Of a stretch of 64,000 nucleotides of DNA, positions 55,637 through 64,000 are shown in pieces. The DNA lies in contig JAPMXV010000008.1 of NCBI GenBank assembly GCA_026936335.1, positions 62,001-126,000 of the forward strand. Reading direction: 5' to 3'. How positions within the stretch are numbered: position 1 is the first letter of the stretch; every line of letters begins with the position of its first letter. The notes under the pieces are model-generated. The model was not told the origin of the DNA, did not search any database, and was given only the letters and a program-made list of their open reading frames with translations. Source of the DNA: Mantamonas sphyraenae STR306. Its lineage: Eukaryota; Protista; CRuMs. The position numbers were made by a program, and so were the translations under genes.

Positions 55637-56127
55637 ATGGGTGTCAACGAAAACATGAAGCTGCTGTGGTACCGGTGGAACCTGATCAACGCAGGGTACA
55701 TGCTTGAGCCGTGGGAAAACCTGCTGCTGAGTACGTTTTTGGCGTGGATGATGCGCTCGCTGCCCGCGTCAGCGATGTCCTCCCACACGCCCCAGCGTGA
55801 CACGAGGGACATGGCACGTGCCACACTGCGTGTGGACGGGCCTCGCACACGGAATGCGTTTGCTCCTGCACAGGTGTGGGCCTTGCCATGGTGTGCGAGG
55901 CCAAAAAGGGGACCGAGCGGGAAAATGCGCGGTGGAGAGAACAGGCCGCTAACCCATTCACCCTCAAAACCCGACACACAGACTCGCTGTTTCTGCTTGT
56001 GCTGGGCGTGACGATCTACGGACTGTACGACTACATTGCAGAGACGGTTGCGTTTGTGCACATGCTTGTGGCAGGCCCGTTGGCGGCGACGATGCGCACA
56101 CTGCAGCCGGCAACGGCGGCGACGTAA
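55637..56127 (+). CDS. SPTSS: Serine palmitoyltransferase small subunit; exons 55637-55730 and 55982-56127
   Basis: YMLEPWE motif spliced to NSLFLLVLGVTIY TM segment. Confidence 0.85.
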
Positions 56128-56229
56128 CCGTGACGCGTGCCTGCCTGGCCGTGGAGACGACCCAGCGCCCACGCCGGGCAAGAGTGCGAAAAGAGACACA
56201 AAATGCAAACAAAGAAATTGATGTTGTTG

Positions 56230-56799
56230 CTACGTTTCGAGGGTGCGAAGGGCGGTTTCCAGCTCGGTTTTGTCGTCGTCAGCGAGCGCTCCAGCGAGCT
56301 CGAGTCGCTGCAGCGAGACTCGGATGGCCTCCTTGGAGCAGGAACGCACGGAGCCACCGAGATGGAGGACGGTGAGGGAGACGCGTGTGTTGCCAGCGCG
56401 TGTCATGCGGCACATGGCAGCAGCCACCATGTCGTAGTGGGCGCGGGCGGCGCGGATGATCACCAGCCGCGTGGTTGCGTTCAGGTAGCGGACTGTGTTT
56501 TCACACGCGCCACACACGCGCGTGTCAGCTTCCCTCCTTTCATCCATGGGCATGGAACAGGAAGGCATGTGCATGGAAAGAACAACGCAAGAAAGGAAGG
56601 AGAACGCACTGGAAAGCATGGTTTGTACAAGGCCCTTTCCCCATAAGCCGTACAGGGCGGCGACGTTGTTCAGGATCCCCGTCTGCAACGAGCGCTTGTC
56701 GACACTGTGTTTCCTCTTGTCCTCCTCCATCTCTTCCGTCTCTTTGACAGCTTCCACTGCATACTCCACCAGGAAGTACCTGTTGCGCATGCGCACCAT
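56230..56799 (-). CDS. POP5: RNase P/MRP subunit Pop5; intron 56493-56609
   Basis: MVRMRNRYFL, LYGLWG, VRYLN..IIR and HLGGSVRSC motifs. Confidence 0.9.
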   Translation of the reverse strand: MVRMRNRYFLVEYAVEAVKETEEMEEDKRKHSVDKRSLQTGILNNVAALYGLWGKGLVQTMLSSAFSFLSCVVLSMHMPSCSMPMDERREADTRVCGACENTVRYLNATTRLVIIRAARAHYDMVAAAMCRMTRAGNTRVSLTVLHLGGSVRSCSKEAIRVSLQRLELAGALADDDKTELETALRTLET

Positions 56800-56990
56800 G
56801 GTGACGCTTCGAGGGAAGGAGTTTGCTGCTTCCCCCTGGCGCATGGTCAAGGTGCTGGTGCATGGTGACGCAAAGGCGAGACTTGCACGACGCCCCCCCC
56901 CCCTCCCTGACCCTTCCATGTCAGTCCACACACAGTCTTGTTGTGCCCATGTGCTGCGTTGCTGCAGGCAAAGGAATTTTCTGCTGTGTC

Positions 56991-57287
56991 ATGAGCACCT
57001 CCAAGGTGGGTGCAACACTTGCCATCATGACAGGCACCATCTTGGGTGGCATGGCAGGCTTTTACATCCAGGACCAATTCCGGTTGAAGCAGCTGGTGAG
57101 TCCTCGCAGTTGTTGACCCCCCGTGGTTTCGGCACAACTGCCCGTGGGCTCTCACACATGCACTCTACTTGCACAGGAGAGGCTGGATAAGGACTTGGAA
57201 GAGTTGGACCGGCGTTTGAAAGAGACCACAGACCAGAGTGCAGACGCTGGGGCTGATTCCACGGGGCAGGAATCCGCAGGCGACTGA
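56991..57287 (+). CDS. ~70-aa single-TM + coiled-coil microprotein; exons 56991-57095 and 57177-57287
   Basis: In-frame GT-AG splice gives MSTSKVGATLAIMTGTILGGMAGFYIQDQFRLKQL|ERLDKDLEELDRRLKE... Confidence 0.7.
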
Positions 57288-57408
57288 TCATCTCCCAAAT
57301 GAAAATTTACTCTCGCGTGGTGTTCGTATATGTGTATCTCATGGATGACAATGGCTCTTGTGTATGTGTGTGTGTGTTTGTGTGTTTGTGTGTGCGTGAG
57401 CAAAGCGC

Positions 57409-60400
57409 ATGGCGAACCAAACCAGCCGACCGATGGAGCAACTGAGGGAGACGGCTCGTCGTCGAAACACACGAGCCAAACACCATCGGGCAGGCGGCGT
57501 GCGTTCGCCAGCCGCCCAGGCAGCACAAGCCATCATGGCCAGGCGTACCATGCCCAGTAGCTCGCCCGGTCTGCGAACGCAGCCGCGCGGTAGACTGGCG
57601 GAGGAGGAGGTGGAGGAGGAGGACGAGGAGGAGGATGACGACCAAGTGCCGCTAGAGTCCGAAGATGTGCGTTTGGACGACGAGGGCGATGAGGAGCAAG
57701 CGACACAGGCGCAGGCGCAGGAGACCACTGTGGACGACGGCCCAATGCAAGTGAGCGAGTTGCAGCGCGTGCAGAAGCGCGTCGAGTGGTCGTCAGGAAA
57801 GATTGGGGTTGTCGCTCGAATGCGTCCTCTGGCCTCCTCCGAGAACATCACCTACGAGTACGACATCGAAGCCGGCGGCAACATCATTCATGTCAAACGG
57901 CCCGAGCTGGACTCGATGGACGCAAGCACAGCAAGCATCGACCTCGAGATACAGCGGGCGAAACACAATGCCGGCTCGCCCAGCCACTCCACGTAAGCTT
58001 CAAACACACGCCCCACCCTCCATTTCCCCGCGCATAGCATCCGTGCACAGACAGATCCCCCTTGGCATGGGACGCAGCCATTTTGCTCTGTGCACGTGTG
58101 CACTTGCAGGCGCATGGACGAGGTCTCTTTGTCGCCTAGCTTTGTCGCGCCCATCATCACTCACCCTCTCCGTTCCTCCGATTTCGCAGTTCGTTCCGCT
58201 ACGATTGCGTGTTTGACGAACGCAGCTCCCAGGAAGAGGTGTACGAGAGCAGTGTCAAGGCGGTGAGTTGCGTGTGCAGTGGGGCGACGGCGACAAGGTG
58301 CGATAGGCCCGGCTGTTGAGCTGACGACGACGACCCAAACCCGCGCGCAGATGCTGCAAGACGTGTTGCAGGGCCGCTCGGGCACAGTGATCGCCTACGG
58401 ACCCATTTGCTCGGGCAAGACACACACATTGTTTGGACCCAACGGCCTGTGCATGCAGACCATCCAGGATGTCTTCCACGCCTTGCAGGAGCCGACAAAG
58501 TTCGGGCTGCCTGAACAGGGCGCGCAGCTGAGGTAGGTTTGAGCCTTGAATCACACGTATCTCGCAGTGCTGCAACCACCTTGCTCCACTTTGGCACCCA
58601 AACCCTCATTCCACACATTCACCCACTCACTCACTCACTCACGCATACACACGCACGCACACACAGTGTGTCAGTGGTGGAAATCTTCAAAGAGAAGCTG
58701 CACGACCTGTGCGACCTGCGCAACCACGACAACCTGGAAGTGCGCGAGGATTACTACGGTGGCCACGGGGCCTTTGTGCATGCGTTGACACGAGTGCGTG
58801 TGAACAGCGTCGAGGCGGCCGAAGAGGTGTTGGACAACGCATTGAGCCACCGCAGGCTTGCCAAGGCCAACCAGGCCCTGGATGGCCACGAATCGTCCGC
58901 TTCACATGTGTTGGTCACCTTGCATGTGGTGCCACTGCGAGGAGAGGGTGGCGGCGAAGGAAGCAGCAGCAGCAGCAGCGGGAACACACCACTGCTTCCG
59001 TCGCGTTCGCAGCGCAGCAAACGGGCCACAGGAAACGTGCATGCGTCGCAGGTAAAGGGAGGCACACGTACGACGTTGGAAGGGGTGCAGGACGAGTGGT
59101 CACGCTTGATGTTTGTCGACTGCGTGGGCACCAACCTGCGTGCACAGAGTCGGCCGGCACCCGGTTCGGCGTCCATCAAGGCGCAATACGACAGTGCTTC
59201 GGGAATGCCGCTGGGAGGCGTCAAGCACGGCAACACCACAAACCTGTCGCTCATTGCCTTGGGACAGGTTGTGGCTGCCCTCAACGCTGGCAACTCGCAC
59301 GTGCCCTACCGCGAGTCTCTGCTCACCCGTCTGTTGGAACCTGTCCTCAGTGCCAACGGCCTCTTTGTGGCCACCCTCACACCCAGTCTGCACGACTGGC
59401 GTGAGGTCTTGCGAGTGCTTCGCTTTGCCTACAGGGTCAAGCACGCAAAGCCTGGCCTGGTGCCCATGAAGGAGCACCACGCACACCATCAACTGGACGC
59501 TCAGGATGACCAGAATCTGGACAAAGACGTGCGTCTCATGCGCATGAAGCGGCAGAACATGCACCTGCGGCGCGATCTCACCAACAAACTCGGCGAGGTT
59601 GCCCAGCGCGTCAGCCAAGCCAATCGACACAGGCGTACCCTGCCGCAGACCCAGCAGCACAGCCAACAGCTGCAACAGCATGCCGAGAAGCCCTACGACG
59701 AGGACAGGGACGACAAAGAGGATGAGGATGAGGATGAGGATGATGATGATGACGACGACAAGCTCTTTGAGCAGGAAGCCCTCAAGGAGAGCCTGGCACG
59801 CAAGCGAGCACGCCAGGCGGACGAGGAGGCAGAGTGGCAGGCCAAAGTGGACGCAGAGCGACGTGTGCAGATGGAACGTGGCGAGGAGAACGTGTCGGCC
59901 ACTGCAGACAGCCACTTTGGGCCCGGCTCGTCGGCACAGCCACGCAGCAGCAGCCGCAGCACCACCACCACCAGGCTCAAGCAGAGTGTGAGCAGCCACC
60001 ACGGTGCCAGCACACGCAACAGTGTAGAGACAGATGACGCAGGAAACGGCACACAGACAAGGGTGCACGTTCAACCCGGCGACGGCAAGGTGTACCAGTC
60101 GCGGCTTGTGCGTGACGCACGTCCCGAGCACGACCGTGGCGACCCGTCCAGCAGCTACGCAGAGTGGATGCACGAACAGTATCCAGACATGGATCGTGAG
60201 GCACTGCTGCCAGCGCGTCGCAAGCCGGCGACGACACCTCCGGGTAGTGGAGGCAACAGCAGCCATGGCGACGCGACCGACGACCACAACAACCACAACC
60301 ACACCCGCGTGCCGCGTTCCACACAGAGCACACGCATGCGCTCGCGTTTGCAGGGCACCTCTTCTGTGCCCAACAGTGCCTCGCTCACCACGTCCCGTTC

Positions 60401-62759
60401 CGAAGGTCTCGACGTCGACCGACGTGCAGGCATCCGCGGCAACGAAGAAGGCCTGCGCGAACCCAATGTGCGACCTCGCTCCTTCCTGGACGAGCTCATG
60501 CAATCGCAGCAGGATCATCATCAACAACATCAGCAACAACAACTACATCAGCAGCAGCGACCGGGAGTCTCGTCCATGCGCGTGACGAGCGGCAACAACA
60601 ACACCATGCAGCTGCGTGAGCTGGAACTGGATGGCAGTGTCAACACAAGCACATCCCCCAACGACTCGTTCTTTCTGCACGGCCACGGCAACGGCGCACG
60701 GGACGAGGACGACCTGCACGATGGCTCACACCTTGTGGTGGACGTTCCCACACCCATGCGTCGTGCCGTCCAGAAGCGCGATGCTCGCTCGCCCTCGCAG
60801 CGCGGCGAAATGTCCTTTGCCTCCTCCTCTCTTCAGCAACGGCGCGTCTCGGTGAGTACCATGGCCATGCATCGAAGCAGTACGACCACGAGCGGCGCTG
60901 CAGCCCCCGCAGCCGCATCTGCCTTTGGTGGCGCCGGGGGCAGAGTGGTTTCCACACCACAACGACCCACGGGTATAGCCACCGCCACCACCAACGTGTC
61001 CTCGTCGACAACAACGAGGCACGTGTCGATGGCCTCTGTGAGTCCTGGAACGCCTGCGTCGCGCGAATCGACACGCTCCTTCAAGGGACTGAACAGTCTG
61101 AGCACGCCCATTGGACCGGCCATGGGCAGATCGTGGGGCGTACAGAGTGCATCTGGCGCAGGAGGGTCGCCACGTGCTGTGCAGGAGCTGATGGGCAGCA
61201 CTGCAAGCACGCGAGCGGGTCAGATGTCCATGCGACTTGACAGGGCGATGGAAAACATTGGCGTGCCGGCAAGCGGACGCGGAACACCCACGTATGCGGG
61301 CTCCGTGCCGAGGCTGCCCCACCCGTCCAGCGCAGGGAGCGCAGGGAGTGCAAGGAGCACAGGGGGCAGCGCAGGGAGCGCAGGCAGTGTGCGACAGAAG
61401 GGGCGCAAGGAGAGAGGATCGGCGATTCGCCAGTGGCGCAAATCGCGACGTGGGAGCATCTTGGAGCAGGACGGGCGACGTTCGGTCAACAGCAGTCTCA
61501 TGAGCGAGTTTGACATTGTGGCGGAGTACACAGGTGGCGAACTCGACGAACTGCTCAGCCAGAGCAACATTGTGTGGAACAACGAACCCAGTAGCAGCAG
61601 CGTGGGGGCAGTGCGAGGCGATGATGATGATGATGATGATGACAATTACGACGACAAGCTGGGTGGCCAGGGACGCACACGCAGCGGATCTCACGGAGGC
61701 AGCAGCGTCGCAAGCATGAAGCTGCAGGAGCTGGACGGCTTCTCCGCCTCGGAAGCGGTGGAACGCGATCTGCAGCGTTTGCGTGAGGAGCAGCACAGTC
61801 GAATGATGCAAGTGCCGCAGGTGGATGACGGCTTTGTCAAGCTCAACCTTGCCAACGCCAGCAGCAGCAGCAGCAGCAGCAGCAGTGCCTCCACTACTGG
61901 CGCCCACGTCGGTGTTGGTGTGGGAGCTTCGTCACGACGCACCTCGGTGACGTCCAACGCATCGTCGTCGGCCGTGCCAGCAGCGCGTGGCGTGGCGTCG
62001 TCGCCTCGTCCCGCCCGAAGCGTCGGGTCCCCGGGCTACACCAGTTTCCAGGGCGCAGCTGTTCACGACCGTTTGTACGACGAAAACGGCCGCCCGCGTT
62101 CGTGGGCCGACCTCAACGATTGCGATCTGGGCGACGTCGGCGCCCGTTTGCTCGCCACGGAACTGTGCAAGCCCAATTGTGCCATCACTTGGCTCAGCAT
62201 CAGCGGGAATGGCATTGGAGACGCTGGCGTGGGTGCACTTGCCGCCGGGCTGCTTCACAACACCTCTGTCACCTACCTCAATCTTGAGGGCAACCTGTGC
62301 GGCGACGCAGGCGCCCTCAAACTCGCCCTCATGCTGCGCCAGAACCATACCCTGGTGCATCTCAATCTCAACGACAACACACTTACCAAACGGGGCATCG
62401 ACACCCTTCTCCAGGTGGCTGCCAAGCGAGAAGACGGCGAGAAACTCGCCCTGCTTCTTGAGGGCGAAGTCGACGAGCAACAGCAGGCACAGGAAAAGGC
62501 GCACGGCGACACACAGTCGACTCAGGCGATGGACACAGTCAGCAGCAGCAGCAGCAGCGACGCACCTGCACAAGCACAACGTGCACAGGCTCCCTCGAAA
62601 GACAACACTGCCAAGGGCAACAAGCAAGAGACGAGCGGCGCACAACGCAAGCGTGCCAGCAGCGACTCGACCAGTGGCTGGGGATGGGCAGCTGCAGCCG
62701 TGGCGGTCGCAGCCGGTGCCACGGCGGCATTTGTCCTCTCTCGCAACCAGCAGCAATGA
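57409..62759 (+). CDS. Divergent kinesin with disordered stalk, RI-like LRRs and C-terminal TM tail, multi-exon
   Basis: VVARMRP, FRYDCVFD, AYGPICSGKTHT, VEIFKEKLHDL, NLSLIALG and HVPYRESLLTRLL motifs; LRRs (LSISGNGIGDAG); tail WAAAAVAVAAGATAAFVLSR. Confidence 0.88.
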
Positions 62760-62829
62760 ACCAGTCGGTGTAATGAAGCAGAGTTTGATTTTCTTGCAGC
62801 AGCGATTGTCTCTCACTGTGAGCCACCCG

Positions 62830-63688
62830 TCATCCCTCGGTGGCAAGGTACAACCCCTCGGCTGTCTTCCACAGGTTGTCCCTGTTCTTGGTCTTGTAGC
62901 AGGTGACCTCAAACTGGCCAGGAATCGGGTTCTGGTACTGGTGCTTGTGCGAGTGCAGATAGCATTTGGTGGCCACGTGCTGCAGACGCACCGTGCTGTC
63001 TCGCTTCCACATCTTGCTCCCCTGCAGCTCCACACGCCAGTAGTCGCCCGTGTCGCCCGATCCGCCGTCGCCAAACGCACTCACCTCCTGCTGCTGCGTC
63101 AGAGGCGACTTGAAATAATGAGAGTGCAGGTTGCGGCTTGTCGACAGGTGCTCCAGACGCACCTGCTGCCCATTCTTCACCTTCTTGCCCCGTGCGCACG
63201 CTCCGTCCCGGATACCCTTGACCAGCCACAACGAGTTGGGGTCGTTGGCTCCGGGAAAACCCGTCACCGATTGCTGTCCAGATCCAGGATGGTTTCCGTA
63301 CGTCACCTCGTGGCTGTGCAGTCGTGCTCCCGTGCCCACGTGTTGCAACTGTGTCCCATCCTCCTGCGTCAGTGCTCCTGCCGCACGCCGTGTGCATTTC
63401 TTGCGTTTTCCGTCGCACCACGTCATCGTCCCTCCTGCCCTCCGCTCCGTCACCACGCCCTCCTCACGCCTGTGCACCGCCATCCTACGCATGCACACTA
63501 CGCCGCAACTCGTATCCATCTGCCCATGCCTTGCCTACCTTGATCACCGACCCGCACGTGACAAAGCTGTAATCGGCCAGGTCTTCGTCTTCGTCGTCGT
63601 CGTCGCTCTCCTGTGCGTATGCACTGTGCACACTGACCAGCAGCACACACATGCACACGACGGCCACAAACATCCACTTGTTCGACAT
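62830..63688 (-). CDS. SDF2: Stromal cell-derived factor 2 (MIR domains), 2 exons
   Basis: Signal peptide; VTCGSVIK|LQH..RLHSHEVTYG..SGQQSVT; three LHSH MIR repeats. Confidence 0.95.
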
Positions 63689-63807
63689 TTCTCCGGTGTG
63701 TGATTCGTTTGTTGTTGGCGTGGCGCGGGCCGCCGACGCAAGCAAAACAAAGTCACCCCGCATCGCCGCATCCACCGTTCCACATACGCTCGCACGCACA
63801 CACAACC

Positions 63808-64000
63808 ATGCGTCGCAATCGAATGCTTCGAATGAATTCGGGGTTGATGTCTGTGGGAAGCCAGAACAGCGGTGTCGACTCGGACGAATGGGAGAGCAGC
63901 AGTGAATCAGACTCAGACTTGTCCATTGGGGCATCTGTTGCCTCGGAATCCATGTCTTTGCCCGTGATCGAACAAGAAGCCACCGGCACCGCCTCACAAG
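63808..64000 (+). CDS. 5' end of an unidentified gene (runs off window)
   Basis: ATG in a caaccATG context, frame open to window end, divergent from SDF2. Confidence 0.5.
   Translation, partial: MRRNRMLRMNSGLMSVGSQNSGVDSDEWESSSESDSDLSIGASVASESMSLPVIEQEATGTASQ

Noticed and set aside
9081-56609. Stop-free introns of 3n length (9081-9197, 13812-13904, 50474-50551, 54614-54745, 56493-56609)
   Set aside because: Roughly the number expected for short GC-rich introns; no evidence of regulated retention.
2-56799. Functional clustering (Rpp38-like + POP5; SPHK + SPTSS)
   Set aside because: The pairs are 43-56 kb apart among unrelated genes, which is compatible with chance.

Overview
Very gene-dense, GC-rich eukaryotic nuclear DNA. 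I resolve about 35 protein-coding genes with short GT-AG introns (GTGAGT/GTACGT/GTGCGT donors, CTGAC/CTAAC branch points, CA-rich 3' ends) and intergenic gaps mostly of about 10-120 bp. Centriole and cilium genes (STIL, CFAP100, a TMEM249-like gene) suggest a flagellated protist (inference). Most genes are housekeeping: IMPase, SLC1, sphingosine kinase, DnaJ, QTRT2, DBT, PAF1, cullin, VAMP7, TBC1D23, S2P, ALKBH1, GGPPS, SPTSS, POP5, SDF2. The standout is a reconstructed ~2,700-aa minus-strand protein (28388-19697) with ankyrin repeats, about 10 IQ motifs, a bacterial AfsR-like NB-ARC/STAND ATPase and a TPR array. It reads as a calmodulin-linked NLR-like or inversin+NPHP3-like fusion and sits head-to-head with STIL. 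Also unusual are a tail-anchored kinesin-LRR with degenerate switch motifs, an LRR-DUSP23-type fusion, a CatSper-auxiliary TMEM249 homologue and an EROS-like protein. Several genes have single-base frameshifts, mostly in short homopolymers, which are probably assembly errors. No rRNA, tRNA, CRISPR array or transposon was recognised. All family calls come from motif recognition by eye, not database searches, and exon boundaries are manual.
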